From the human T2T-CHM13v2.0 reference genome, Homo sapiens, in the NCBI RefSeq assembly GCF_009914755.1, contig NC_060945.1: DNA of 64,000 nucleotides. One strand, given 5' to 3'. Both the position numbers and the translations under genes were made by a program. Every line of letters begins with the position of its first letter. Within the stretch, counting starts at the first letter, position 1. Under the pieces are notes generated by a model. That model did not search any database and was not told where the DNA came from. It saw nothing but the letters and a program-made list of their open reading frames with translations. Shown piece by piece: positions 1-14,499 of this stretch.

Positions 1-204
1 TCAGGATAAAGGATGATATATCAGAATCAGGTCTTAATGGTGGTCATATTAATTTGTAATTGTTTATTTCTAAGTATATCAATAGATTATATATTTCTAC
101 TCTAGTATTTCAAAAGCATCCAAAGCATTTTCAAGAATTAGAAATTGTCCATTCTAACAAATGAAGCATAGATGATACCATAACTGTCATTCCACATATT
201 ACAG

Positions 205-385
205 AGAGCAGTTTGGAATGTGCGCTCTGAGGCCAAGTGTACTTAAGTTAAGTCCCATCTCTGGCCCTTCTTAGTTACACAGCTTGGGTGTATCACTTAA
301 TCTCCCATGATTCTTCACTTTCTCTTCTGAAAATGGAGATAATGATAGCCTCTATCTCACAGAGTTAAGCAAGAATATTAAAATC
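205..385 (+). mobile_element. MIR SINE remnant
   Basis: MIR core-like text: cttgggtgtatcacttaatctc...ttctcttctgaaaatggagataatgatagcctctatctcacagagtt; boundaries approximate. Confidence 0.6.
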
Positions 386-1044
386 AAACTGTTATCGTGG
401 TCACTGTGTCATTATCAAAAATGGAAGCCAAATTTGCTTTGCATCTCAGTAAATAAATGAATTTTCGTTTGAAAAGTGCAAATAAATCAAACTTGAGATG
501 ATCACAAGGAGCCTCTTAACACTGTTGAAACCACTGGAGGTTTATCCTGCAAAGCTATTTAGATTAAATCTGAAAAGTTCAAATCTTTACACCAAAGCTG
601 AACCCCATATGGTTCAGGAGTCTTTGCCTGAAAATACATATGCTTAAGTAGAGTTTTCAATTTGTTTCTTTTTGAAATTCGTACAGTTTCCCCTCAATTG
701 CACCCAAATGTTTTTCATTTCCTTCTCCAGGTTGACAAAGAATATTGATTTTGGTCATAACAGAATTCTCTCCAGAGAGGTCAGAGAGGTTCTTGTTGAT
801 ACTGTCTGATTTAAATTTCATTTAAGCTGCTTGTTTTTTTAGGCATTAAATAAAAGAAATTATCTATAGCCAGGAAGAGGGTGTAAAAAGGTGACACAAG
901 TTAAGACCACCTGCCTCCTGACAGAACTGAAGTTTAAAGTGGATTTTTTCTTTGAGTAGACTTTCAATCAAGTAATATCCAGTTTTAAAATAACTTATCC
1001 AAAATCTTTGATATTTTTCATTATGTTTTCCAAAATTGACAAAC

Positions 1045-1164
1045 GTTAGAGTATAAGAGTTTAGGTAGAATTATTTAGAGTTAGAGTTAGGTACAATTAT
1101 TTAGACTTAGAGTACAAAAGTTAGAGTACAAAAGTTAGAATACAAAAGTTTAGGTACAATTATT
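1045..1164. repeat. degenerate TTAGAG/TTAGG-rich minisatellite
   Basis: gttagagtacaaaa-type unit x3 and ttaggtacaattattt-type unit x3 seen directly. Confidence 0.8.
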
Positions 1165-1699
1165 TCCTTTGATACTAATTCAAAAAGTCTTCTTGAATAA
1201 GATACGTTTTGTTAACATTTTTCTTTTCTAGTGTTTTCTTATTGTAATGCACTCATGAAAGAGAAATATTCAACTTAAACTTTCAGAGGAAAAAAAAGCT
1301 TAAACAAATATGATCAATCTTTATGTGTGTCAAGAAGCCTCTTAAAATTACCTTTAAGCCATATGAAAAAGACGAACTATACAAATACTTGTTTCTCATT
1401 TCAAATAAACTTGTTTAACAAACTCATTTTATTGTTTATTTTCTCAATCATGATGTTTGATTGATTTAATTTGCATGTCCATTTCATAAAGCATGAGTGT
1501 TCATACTGAAACAATGCTTACCAAGGACAAAGAGCATTTTCTCATCATAACTGGTGAACTCCCACCATAAAGCCAAAAATGAAGGAAACTGAGATCTAAA
1601 AATCAGGTATCATTAAAATAATAACAGAGTAAGAGAGCTTCCTATGATATGTAAAAATGTAACATACTTTTTTCTTAAAATTACTTTAAAAATACTCCT

Positions 1700-1993
1700 G
1701 GCTGGGCACGGTGACTCACGCCTGTAATCCCAGCACTTTGCGAGGCCGAGGCAGTGAATCATGAAATTAGGAGTTCAAGACCAGCCTGGCCAATATGGTG
1801 AAACCCCGTCTCTATTAAAAATACAAAAAATTAGCTGGGCATAGTGGTGGGCGCCTGTAATCCCATCTACTCAGGAGGCTGAACCAGGAGAATCACTTGA
1901 ACCTGGGGGCGGAGGTTGCAGTGAGCTGCCGCGCCGCTGCACTGCAGCCCGGGCAACGGAGCGAGACTCCGTCTCAAAAAAAAAAAAAAAAAA
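1700..1993 (+). mobile_element. Alu, AluS (Sg-like), full length
   Basis: ggctgggcacggtg...aaaaatacaaaaaattagc...gagactccgtctc followed by poly(A). Confidence 0.95.
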
Positions 1994-3769
1994 CTCGTAT
2001 TTCAACATCAAACATGTCATGTATTAGCTTTCAGGGAAATGGTTGTGTTGAAGATGAAGGTTCAGCTTCACTTACAATGGCAGAGTTTGGTGTCTATGCA
2101 AAATGCCACATAGATTTGTCTTTTTAAATAATTTCAAAACTGTTTACGATTTGATTTGTACTGCCATCTAAATCCATAGCAATTATTCCACAATCAATTA
2201 TAATAATGAAAGAAAACTGTGAAATGTAGATGAACATGAACATAGCTTCAAATGCTGTAGGTAATTACAGAAACTACGTAAGTGAAGATAAAATGCTTCT
2301 GCTGTCATTTACTCATGATTAGCTATTAAAACATCCCGCTAGGTGTTACCCAAATATTGCAATGGGTACTTGCCAAGTCAAGACTAAGCTATCTCTAATA
2401 GTGGCTCACATATGTTAATAAAAAGCCTAAGAGTAAAACCTACACTTGTAAACTGAAAGGGATTTATATTTTATTTCAGTGTGTAGTATATATTAATATT
2501 AATTTATGTTAATTATTAATATGTTAATTTAAGAAGGCAAAGAAAAGTTACCATTTACTAAGAATTTTATTAAATCTTAGTTCTCCTTAAATGAGAAAGG
2601 ATGTCAAATAGCCATGCTGAATTACTTTAAAGTAAAAGACTCATCTCCCTGCACCAGTAATGTACTTTGTTCCATCCTAGATTTCACAGGCTAAACTGAT
2701 TAGCAGCTCACCAGGAACTGTGAGAATTATTCAAAAGAACTAGAAGAGAGAAAACTCGATGTTGTGAGAAGGTCACATAAAGAACAATGAATTATACTTA
2801 GGAACTTTGCATCCTAGAGCTCATAAAATGAAAAAAAACTCCATTGCTTTTTCTCTCAGCTCAGTGAGGGGGATACTTTATCAAACATTTCTGAAAGTAA
2901 GACATCCTGCTGGCTTTATTTTATTAAACAAGGAATAAAACACATTGCTTTATTAGAGTTGTTTCAAGAATGCATCAAAGCTGTGGGCTCTCAAGACAGA
3001 AATCAAAGACTAAAAAAAAAATCGCATCTGCTGTATATTCCCCCAAAAAATATATTTGACTATAATTAATGTAGAATTGAAAGACAACTTGTAGAAATAT
3101 GAAGAAATCACGTGCCAAAGTGATTATACATTTAACTTTCCCATAACCATAACATCATGATATCCTGGCCATGGAGAAGTTTATCTTCCTCATTATATAA
3201 TGGTATGATAATTGTTGAGAAATAACATCTGGGAAATTTAAGAGCTCTCAATGAATCATATACTCAATCTGGGTGACTTTTCCCATTGGAATTTATCAGA
3301 TTACACCTATATCTGAATCATCATTTTATTCAGCTGGGTTACAAATGTGACTTCAAGCAAGAATGATTTCAGTCCCATTTTCTCTCTGAAAAAGTAAAGA
3401 GTTCTGAGCAGGCAGCAGATCACACATCGGGCTGTGTGCTGCTCTGAAGACTTGGAGAGACTGCCAGATTGTGGGTCCCAGAGGCAAAATTAATTCACTC
3501 CCACAGCCATGGCTGCTCAAGTATTTCCCTGGCTTGTGGTCCTGCCTAGTCTCTTCCCAATCCCACCCTGGTGAGGCTGAAGCCATGTGTGGGGATTCTC
3601 ATCTCCCATTTTGTTAGCTCATCTCTATCAGACATATTTTTCAATTTGGCATATAAAAAGATAATAAAATAAAAAGAGAAATAAGTAGTTCATACTTTTT
3701 ACCTCTATCTCTGTAACCTTAGGACAGTGATCATGGTATGGTTATAAATACTCCATTAGTAGGCCAGGC

Positions 3770-4015
3770 AATGCAATGTCACAGTGAAGAATATATGCTC
3801 TGAATTTACACAGATCTTAGAATCTTCTCTGTCACTTACCAACTATATTTGAAGCAAGTACATTAACTGCTCTGTGCTCAGTTTCTTAACTTGCAAAATG
3901 AGGATAATGAGGGTACCTAATTTAAAGTGTTGAGAGTTAAATGAGAATGTTAGTAAAATTCTAAAAAGAATGTTTGCACACACTAAATGTTCAATAAATG
4001 TTAGTCATTATTATC
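3770..4015 (+). mobile_element. MIR SINE remnant
   Basis: ctctgtgctcagtttcttaacttgcaaaatgaggataatg...tgttcaataaatgttag. Confidence 0.65.
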
Positions 4016-4701
4016 ATTATTATTAATTATTATGATAATGATAGTCAAAGGCTAATATATGAATATCAATATTACTAGGTAGGAAACTGAGGTTAAAAGT
4101 CTTCAAGAAAAAGTCAATGTGTCAAGGAGATGACTGAGAAAAAGAAATACAACAATAATGGGGACAGAAACAAAGAAAAAAGAAAGAAAAACTGTAAGAA
4201 AGGTCATAGGTTACATGGCTAAAAATATTCCAACTCAAAAATTTCAGTTACAGTTCTTAGATTTCCACTCTGAGGCCAAAACATACCAACCAACTCTTCG
4301 GATAGTCGATCCACTCAGTTATTCAGCACACAGCCACTTCATCTTGTTTAAGGCCATCAAAAGAATGAGCTAGAGGGATTAGAATCTAAAGTAGAGCACT
4401 GCCTCTTGTGAATTACATTCAGAGGAATAAGAACCATGGAAGAGTAGGCATGGATTGACAAGACCTTCTGGCCAAATGAAAACCCTGAGTAGAAAAAAAG
4501 AGTAACAGTACAAAAATAAATAAATAAAATTTTAAAGAAGTTGAAGAGAGTGAAAACAAAAACAAATAAGCAAACAAGGTCAGAGGGACAGGGCAAAAGA
4601 TCACAGTGTCCCCCCTGGTATTCTGTTGTTTGAAGAATTGAAGACAAGCAGGTTGCATCAGAAAGGGGAGAGTATTTTTTTCCCACGAAGTATAATAAAT
4701 G

Positions 4702-4755
4702 CCTCAAACTTCTGGGCTCAAGCGATCCACTTGCCTCAGCCTTGCAAGTAGCTGT
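4702..4755 (-). mobile_element. Alu/FLAM fragment
   Basis: ctcaaacttctgggctcaagcgatccacttgcctcagcc. Confidence 0.7.
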
Positions 4756-5849
4756 CATTCTGAGGGGCTTCAAAAAACAAAGAAAGTGTGACCTATCTAC
4801 TCAACACTACCAACTAACTCTTCCTTAGACTCAGACTCCAACAATCAAAAAGTAGGCTGATACAACTTCTGCTAAATTTATCTGCTCCTACTGCTCCCAT
4901 GATAATGTCTTCTATGTTATACTTTCTTTAATTTTCACCACTGATTCATTGCCTTTATTCATAAACTTACTACTACCTGATATTAAAAAATGAATATGTA
5001 TTTACAAATCAAATAAGTTCAATTAAAGAGTATAATGACTACATGTCATATGCCAATGTTGAACTATGGATGTTTCAACACTTCAAATGGGCCAGCAGCC
5101 TCTACATAGCCTCAAACACCTTTAGCAGATGAACTTTAAAACCCACTAGGAAGTAGAGATGAGTCCTGATTTGGACTGTGCACTTTCCCTTTTGAACAAC
5201 AGCACTGAATTCAGGCTTGTGAACAATACCTGCCAGCAAAGTCATGAGCTAGTAGCCAACTGAAGTCCTATCTTTGGGCCCCACTGAATCATGAGGGAGG
5301 CACAGAATGTTCTATATCCCATTAGCCACATGGGCTATTTCAAGTGCAGAAGCAACAAAGGGTATGTGGCAAACACAACCTCAAAAATGCATCCAACCAG
5401 TTATGCCAATAACAAACTATCACAAATCTCAACTGCTATCTCTGCAAATTCAATAGACTGACTCTAGTCACACAATCCAGCAATGAATGATTCCGTCAGC
5501 ATGGTAACAACAATGCCTTAAATTTGTAAAGCTCTTCATGGTAACTCATTTTCCCAAATCTCCTTTGATTCTCATTCTTGAGATGACATGTAAGCAGTGA
5601 AGCTTTTCTTAAACTTCTAAATTCATTATTTCCTTATTTAATTTTCATTCCAACTTGGAGTTTTACAAAACCATATGGTCATCTCAATCCAAGGTAGCTA
5701 GCATTAGCCTATGCCTCAAGTTACGATTGACAATAATTTGCTTCATGTCAGATTTCACTTCACTAAAGCAGGACTACAAAGAGCTATATTTACTATATGA
5801 CCAGAAAAATTTAAAGTCATTGCAACCTTTAAAAAATTATAGTTATGAT

Positions 5850-6303
<454 letters not shown>

Positions 6304-7709
6304 CTACATCACTGTGATGTTTGAAAACAATAAGCATATTATCTCAAACCATTTTACATTTAATGACACTAAGAAACAAGTAAAGAAATGCTGAAATCTT
6401 GAACTAGGATCATGTTCATTACAAAAATGTCAATCACTGGGTGAAAAGTGTGGTTCTCCAGGCAGATGTTTAGAACCCTCAACAGAATGAACTTTTAGGA
6501 CAGGATTTTGGACAACTTTGTGTCTTTACATCAACCATTGAGTATGAAAACATCTATTGACCTATAGCCTAACTTGGAAATACAAGAGTTCACACAAATA
6601 TACGACCCCGGTAAGTTGGATAGGCTTGAAAGCTTAGGAGGCAAAATAAATAAAATGGAGTAATTATAGGGACAAATGCTTTATCTCCCACTGCCAACCA
6701 AAAACAAATTTATAAATTGTAGGAGGAAATGTCAATTAAGGTAGTGTCTATCTCCCACTCTGCACATAGTTTTTTATACAACAATGAGCAGCGGATGTGA
6801 ATGGAAAATGCATGCTGCACAGAAAGAACGGGCATCCAGCAGAAGGGCTGCTCCCAAAAGAAAAAAAAATTGTAGAAACAATACCATGGTAAATGCTTAA
6901 AAAATATTTTGCTTTCTGCCTCTTCTTTTCTCATTCCTGCTACCTCCCACTTCCACCTCTCATACCAACATCTTCATCAGCTTTTGTTTTCATTTTGTGT
7001 AACAAAAGCCAGGGAAGAATAGTGGAAATTGTTATGTAAATGCAAAAAAATGTTCATTTTCAATTAGAGGTGACATTACCCTCCAAATTCCAACTGGATC
7101 TGATTCAAAAAGCAAGAGAAGAAGGGGAGAAAGGAGCTTAATTGAAATATAAAATTGAGAGAGGATATAAATTGTACCTTTTCTTTTCAACAAGGGCTGA
7201 ATTTACATTTTTTAAAAGTCAAAACAGCTAACATTTTGGCAAACAAGCTGTTTCTGTTTTTGCTCAACTATCATGAAAAGCAATGCAGAGCAGAAGTTGC
7301 TTTCTGTATAAAATATGGTAGATTGAAAAATGTTTACAATCCAAAGGCATATTCTGAAACTACCATGATATAGAGTCACATAACCTGGAGTTAAGGATCC
7401 TACATTCCCCTCTCTACTCTGCTGCTATCATTGACTCAGATTCTTCTATATTGCTAAACTAGTCTCCTAGTTTACAAGCTAGTCATCCTTTAAAGTTCCA
7501 TTGATTCTGACAGGCCATGAACAAAGACAATGTCTTTTCTGCTTCCTTTATAAGAGGCAGTATAACTTAGTGGTTCAGGTCTCTTACCTTACAGCTCAGG
7601 ATGTCAATGCTTCTATTTATTCCAATCACTTATTAGCTGTATAGTCTTAGACACACCTATCCCTCATGTATTCATCTGTAGAATCAAAAACATTATTATA
7701 TGATGTTAC

Positions 7710-8142
7710 ATGTAAGGGTCATATAAGCAAAGTTACCCCCAGATGCATAAGGAGCCAAGAAACCAAAGAATGAAGCAAACAAATCTAGTTTGTTAGTAAA
7801 TGCTGATTTATTAGGTAAACTTACAGACAGAAGTGGTCTTGGGTGGCCGCAAGACAGGTTGATTTCTGTACTGAAAGACCTCAGACCCAGGACTTATATC
7901 TCAAGGAAACAGCATATGTTCTCTGGAAGGAATGTGTAAGTAACTGCTGTGGGCATCACAGCCTACAATGTATGCAACATCAAAGTTTGTTTCGGAGGAA
8001 AGCCAAAACTTACAGTGAATAGGTATTTCTACACAAAGAGTAATATATTAACTAGACATTTCGGAGGCATTCCTGAACTTGGGGTTTGTTAGGAGTCACA
8101 TGATGGATTCTCATCTTAAACTGAATCACTCTTGTCCCCATA
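7710..8142 (-). mobile_element. ERV1-type solo LTR (subfamily uncertain), next to a MIR remnant
   Basis: TG start, tttatt (minus-strand polyA signal) near 7809, LTR-like composition; resemblance from memory only. Confidence 0.5.
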
Positions 8143-8164
8143 TACAGACTTAATTATCCATAAG

Positions 8165-8570
8165 ATAATTTAAAAATTAGTGAATAGCTTCGATATGCCA
8201 AAAGCTGCTCTAAGCACTGGAAATACTGTGATCAAAAAGAACGCAAGTCCTTGACCTGTAAACTTAGATTCTAATTAACAAAGAAGGAAACAAGATAATT
8301 TTCATGATGAGATATGTGCTATGAGTAAAATCAAAGGAATGATGTGTAAAAAAGTGACTGAGTGAGGAAGGCGTTGTAGATGGCATGGTCAGAGATGACA
8401 TCTAAAAGGAAGTGACACTTGATACCTGACAAATGGTTTGTGGAAGCCAGCCAAGCCTAGAACCTAGAAGAGAGTATTTTAGGCAGGTGGATCATAAGGT
8501 ACAAAGGTCCCAGGGGTTGTAGGAACTTGACTTTTAGAAAAATACAAAAGGCCAGAGCAAAATAAGCGAT
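8165..8570 (-). mobile_element. L2 LINE remnant
   Basis: atgccaaaagctgctctaagcactggaaatactgtg...gtccttgacc...ggtcagagatgacatctaaaaggaagtgacacttga. Confidence 0.55.
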
Positions 8571-8777
8571 GGAACAAATAGTGGGTAAGATGGCCCAAGC
8601 CCTCAGCCTGGGCAGTGGAGACTGGGCTGGAGGTAGACTGTGCTTGAAAAGCTTAGGGACTTATGTGGATGTCCTCTATTTCCCTCTCTCCATGCTTCTC
8701 CTTCCTACTTTGTGACCAGGAGGCTGACTTCCACTCCAATGAAAGGATCCTTTTCACTTGGGTTCAGCCAGTATAGG

Positions 8778-9492
8778 TATACTAGGCTATTCTTGCATTG
8801 CTATAAAGAAATACCTGAGACTGGGTAATTTATAAAGAAAAGAGGTTTAATTGGCTCACAGTTCTGCAGGCTGTACAGGAAGTATAGCGGCAACTCCTTC
8901 TGAGGAGGCTTCAGGAAGCTTCCAATCACGGCAGAAGGCAAACAGGGAGAACAGGCACATCACATGGTGAAAGCAGGAGCGAGCAAGAGGAGAGGCGCCA
9001 CACACTTTTTTTTCTTAATTGAGATGGAGTCTTTCTCTGTCCCCCAGGCTGGAGTGTAGTGGCGGGATCTCGGCTTACTGCAACCTCCGACTCCTGGGTT
9101 TAAGTGATTCTCCTGCCTCAGCCTCCTGAGTAGCTGGGATCATAGGTGCCCACCACCACGCCTGACTAATTTTAATATTTTTAGTAGAGACAAGCTTTCA
9201 CTATGTTGGTCAGTCTAATCTTGAACTCCTGGCCTCAAGTGGCCTGCCTGCCTTGGCCTCCCAAAGTGCTAGGATTACAGGCATAAGCAACTGAGCCCAG
9301 CCAATGCAACACACTTTTAAACAACTAGATCTCATGAGAACTCAATTACTATCACGAGGAAAGCATCAAGGGGATGGTGCTAAACCATTAAGGAGAAATC
9401 CTCCCCCATGATCCAACCAAGCCCCACCTCCAATACTGGTAATTACAATTCAACATGAGATTTGGGTGGGGACACATATCCAAACCATAGCA
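8778..9492 (-). mobile_element. MaLR solo LTR (MSTB-like), 5-bp TSD ATAGG, interrupted by an Alu
   Basis: tatactaggctattcttgcattgctataaagaaatacctgagactggg...ccaaaccatagca; ATAGG at 8773-8777 and 9493-9497. Confidence 0.9.
9006..9302 (-). mobile_element. AluS nested in the MST LTR
   Basis: poly(T)-gagatggagtct...gagcccagcc; imperfect TSD gccacacactttt / gcaacacactttt. Confidence 0.93.
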
Positions 9493-12400
9493 ATAGGTTA
9501 CAAGCAGGAGCTCAGAAGCCTAAAATAAAGTGACGATGTTTACTCTAATGTTTAGCTTAAGTCACTAATATTTAGCTCTACTCTTCTACGAAAGCCACAG
9601 CCTTAGGGTGGGAATGGCCTACCACCTTTGCTAGCCCCAGGGTTTTGTACCGTGGGTACAGTACCAATTGTTTTTCCTAACTTCTGCCTACAGGGTTTAG
9701 TCCCTGTACTAAAGTTTCCTCAACTGATCCAGAATGAATGTGCCATCTCTTTCTTACTAGTACCCTGATTGATGTGTAGAATGGGGTAAGATTTTGGAGT
9801 TTAATTCTAAAGGACACAATATATGTAAAATGACTCACAATGTACACAGTAAATACTTTGTATATGCTCATACTCCTTATGATTTTCCCATCTAGAAAAA
9901 TTACCATCACCAATGCATCTGAATATTGCATTGGGGTATCAGAACCCTCTCTTTTGCTCCCCTAGGCAGTGGTCAACATGTGGATTTATAGCTTTCAGCA
10001 AAAAGTGAATATGGATCAAATGGAATGCTTGGCACTGCCTCATCCTTCCCCCATGAAAATGCAGAATGGCATATCATGAATATATGAGTGAGATTAACTA
10101 ACACACTCTGGTTAAGTAAGAAAATGTGTAATTCCACATTTTTAAAAATGTGAAACGGTAAAGGAAATGCAAAGCCATAAAATTAGTTTTGGTCTCATAA
10201 GTATCTCCTTGATAAACTGTATAAATGCAAAAAAAGTTATCAATTAACTGAAAAACTATAAGATATTCACAAAGGGAACAACTAGAATGCTTGAACCTAC
10301 TGCACCTAAAGTGTTGCTTGCAGTAAAGCATTATTATTTTTTCTCCTAAAATAAAGATATATTAAAATTTGTAAGACAGAACATCACACTTGAGTATATG
10401 CTATTCATCTGATAAATATATCATATTTCTCCCAAGACTGCTTAGATGTAATTTCTGGTTTCTTCATTGTAAGATATAAATAGGAAGATATTTAATCAAA
10501 GTTTTGGTTTTGTATAAACCTAGATTATATGTATATATTTTTCTCCAAGCTTCTAGTAATTTCTGCCTCCAAGATTATAAATTTTATGCTAACCTGGGTG
10601 AACTGCTGTAGAGGTTTATGCAGGAATTTGGTGATTTTGCTCAGTAGAAACAATCAATATCAAGACTTACGTCAACTCTCACTCTTCACATGAGTTTTGG
10701 TTATTAAATTTTAATTATTTTCCTGGTCATTATAGCAAAATCATCAACTGAATACAATGGAAGCGTGAGAGTGTTTCTCTGAACTTACTGTATGTAGGGA
10801 AACTTCAATTAGGCTCAACAAATTAGATTACTTCTGAAGTTCATAGAGTGAAAACTATAAAGTTGAAAATTACATAGTGAAATTGAACTACATAAAAAAT
10901 TTTTCACAAATTGAAGCCTTGTCATTCTTCCTACTTACCTTAAAGGAAGAATATTTCTATTTGTAAAATAAAAATAGAAATTTTTATTTGACAGTGAATT
11001 CAGTGAAGCCAGTGAGCGAGGCCATTGGAAGCATATGTGTAATGTCAAACATCAGAAGAGATCTTCCAGGGGAAGGGGTGCAGCTGGTTTCAGAGTGTTG
11101 GGGGAAGAGAAAAGATTTAACTTACATTATCCACCCCAAGGCTCAAGAATTGTTAAGCACAAACCTACTGATAAATCATATTGTTTTCATTCTACTGTAA
11201 TGTATGTGGTTTAAAGTTATGAGAATAAAAAATATATTCTTCCCATTTTTACCAGAATCTGTTTGAATATACTCTGAATTTCCCTATTTATAAAAATTCC
11301 CTCTTTAGGCTAGTAACTGGCTAATTTCCATGCTCAGTCTTACAATTTGCTCATTTTTTATGCATTGATTTATTCAACAGATACTTATGGAATGTCTATC
11401 TAGTTAAGTGCTAGAAATAATTCTAAACAAAAGAATATGACAATTTATTGAAAATATATGATTGTTTCACAGAAGAGCATTAATAACCTCTAACCATCAG
11501 ATACTAAGTTAATACTCCCAAGCTAAACAAAACAACAACCTTTTTACAGTTATATTGGGATTCTGTAAAAAAGATTTTTTTTAATGAAGCATCACACTTG
11601 CCACAGTTTTATTTAACCTGGTATTTATATCAAGTGTAAAGAGGACTATTATAGATAAGAAGACTGGAGAAGGCCATAATATTAATGTCAGATTTGACCT
11701 ATTGTAAAATTCATCTTACCTGGAAGGTTAAATCAATTCCAGTGCTGCAGGGAGAGTCTTCATTTACACAAAGGAAATTTGACAAGGGTGTTTTTCTGAG
11801 CAAAAGCAGTAGCATACTGCATTGTTTGAAGCAGGTAAACTTATACCATGTCTCTTCTAGAATGTACCAAATGTAAATCCTTTTCATTCTATAAATACTT
11901 TCTAAAGTACTCACATTCTTTAACTTTTAAAAATCTACTTTATTTTCTTTCAAGGCACTTATAGCACTTGGGGTTAACTTTTTAGCAAATGACAATTCTT
12001 AATGACCCACTTTCTAAATAGAAAGTGAAAAAAACAATCTCACAACAAATCCTCAAAGTACAAAAGCAATGACACTTCTAAAGTAAGCTCCCATTCAGCT
12101 CCCGGGTATCTTTAATACTCACAGATCTCATCTTCTTATGGATTTAACAACTGTGCTTTAATGTGCTTTAGGTCTAGTATTCATATCTTCCACTATTCCC
12201 TTTGATAAAGATAAATAAGCTTATGGAGACAGTGCTGCCCCTGAGACTGCAAATTAAGGAGCGACTTATCAACCGAAGAAGATAAAGAAGAAATGTGACA
12301 TTGGCAATGCTTTTAAATAGCAATTTAAAATTGCCCGCTCTAACTCAGTGATTGAGTATTTAAAAAAAGCAACAAGAAAATCAACTCTTCATTCCAGGTA

Positions 12401-12723
12401 TGGACTCTGAAAATGAAAAAGGCAGCGTCTCTTTGGGCCTAGGTCTAACTGCCTGCTGGATCAGGGCTCCTTCAGACTCCGCCCACTGCCCTCTCTTGGA
12501 TGCATTTTCTCTCCAACTTGGGTGCCCACTAGCCTTGCCTTTGATCACAGCCTCCTTTATTCTTATTATGTTTTCAATCGATAAATATCTGCTGAATGAT
12601 TATATTTTACAATACTAACAAATATTTACACTGGTTAAAACAAGAATCATATTATTTAATTAAAGGAGACCTGAGATCTATTACAATTACAAGTGTACAT
12701 TAGAATACAGGGCTGCTCTATAG

Positions 12724-12988
12724 TCTTGCTACTCAAAACTGTGGTACAGGGTCCCATAACATCAGCCTAATCTGGGTGTGTGTTAGAATCTGAAAATTGC
12801 TGAACAAGATTCTCGGGAGATTTGTATTCACATTAAAATTTCAGACATGATGTGTTTACCTGAGGATCTTGTTATAATGCAGATTCTGGTTCAGGTCTGA
12901 AGCGAGGCCCAAGATTCTGCATTTCTAACAAGCTCCCAGCTGACACCAATGTTATTGGTCCATAAACTGAAACTTGAGTAGCAAAGAT
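12724..12988. mobile_element. MER5-family hAT-Charlie DNA transposon composite
   Basis: inverted ends ttgctactcaa / ttgagtagcaa; aatgcagattct...ctgcatttctaacaagctccc. Confidence 0.75.
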
Positions 12989-13169
12989 GCAGAGGAAATA
13001 AAAATGGTTCTAAGCATGTAGACCTATCTAAGTTATCAGAGCCAATTGCCACCTTTGAAATAGCCTTACTGAATTAAACAGAAGAAAACTTTTAAAACTT
13101 CTCATTTTTATGGTGAAAAAGTCATAAATTTATTCTGAATTTGTGAAGTTTGAAAGAGTAGTACATCTG

Positions 13170-14270
13170 TAAAACAGAACAGTCTGGGATAATGAGAAAT
13201 TGCATCCAGATTGAAATTATGTTTCCAAATATTAATTAATGGCGGCAGTGAGCAGCCGATTGGTTGCTACAGCAAATAGAAATATGCCCTAGCATACCCC
13301 AGGAAATATTTGCAGAACTTAGAACAGTAAAGGGATTAATATGGTAAGTGAAAAGATCATAGAAAGAAGGACGATTGATACAGAAGTTCTCCTATGTTCA
13401 TAATAAGAATTCAAAAAGCAATAATTTGATGAAGAAAAGCTCTCTGCAGAAGATTGAGGAGAAGTAGCAAAGACAACAAAATTGAAGACAAGTTCACTGA
13501 GCTAAAAAGAGCTAAGAATTTAAATCAGAAAAAGACCATCTGAATACTAGGTAAAAATGATGAGAAATAAAAGACAAAACAGGTCTTGATAACTACAAGA
13601 ATTTAAAACAAACAAACAAAAAAACACCTAAAACCAACCAGGCAGAAAACCAGGTAACATACAAAAGAAAAAGAAAACCATATAAATACTAAAATTCTCC
13701 TTTTTAAATATATAAAAAGCAAACTGCTCAACATCTACAAAGTACAGATGACTATTGATTGAAATCTACTTCTGGGGAAGATATTATTCGTGTTTAGAAG
13801 CAATAAAGACATTATTATATGCAAGAACTTAGAAAATATCCTTCACATGCATTATTTTTTTAAATGAGATACTAGAGCAAATTTTGATGCGATTAAAATA
13901 GATGTCTTTTTGGAAAGCAGTATAATCTGTAGTTATCAGAATTATTTCCTAAAGAATTGTTAATCTAGTCATACGACAGCAGCAACATGTAAAATCTCTA
14001 AATATATGACATTCAACAGAAAAGAAAGAGTGAGAAAAGATAGAAGGGAAAGAAAAAAGAATGAAAGTGGAAGCCAGGAAGAGGGGGAGGAAGTAAAGAA
14101 AGAACATATAATCTCTCATATTAAATAGAAATTTCAATCTGTGACTATTTTTAAATATGGGCTCTAGTACATTTTATTTTGTTTCATTATAATAATGTAA
14201 AAATAGTTATATCTAAATCATTATAAAAGTAGCAAAAAATATTAAGCAATATATCAGAATATGGGAAGTA
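13170..14270 (+). mobile_element. highly decayed L1M fragment (ORF1-like region)
   Basis: A-rich strand bias with L1-like phrases; weak. Confidence 0.35.
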
Positions 14271-14499
14271 TAGAATGTATTTCTAGAAATCCACAAGTAA
14301 ACTCTTTAGAAATAAATACTTTAGGCAGGAAAGATTGGTAGGTTCACCCCACAACCACACTACAGTTACTCCTGTAGTTATTTGTAAGCCCTTACCTTAC
14401 TCTTTATTAAGTATACATTCTAATACACTGAATGTATTTCATTCCATAGTGTTGGTTTGGTCTCAACAAATCTCCCATAGTCATCCCATATCCCAAGGG

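Larger units (their letters stand above)
8640..9765. mobile_element. old ERVL LTR (LTR33-like) split by the MST insertion
   Basis: gtgaccaggaggctgac...gggttcagcca before and caagcaggagctcaga...ctttgctagccccagggt after the MST. Confidence 0.45.

Noticed and set aside
1045-1164. Interstitial telomeric sequence
   Set aside because: No tandem TTAGGG; units are TTAGAG/TTAGGT in 14-16-bp periods
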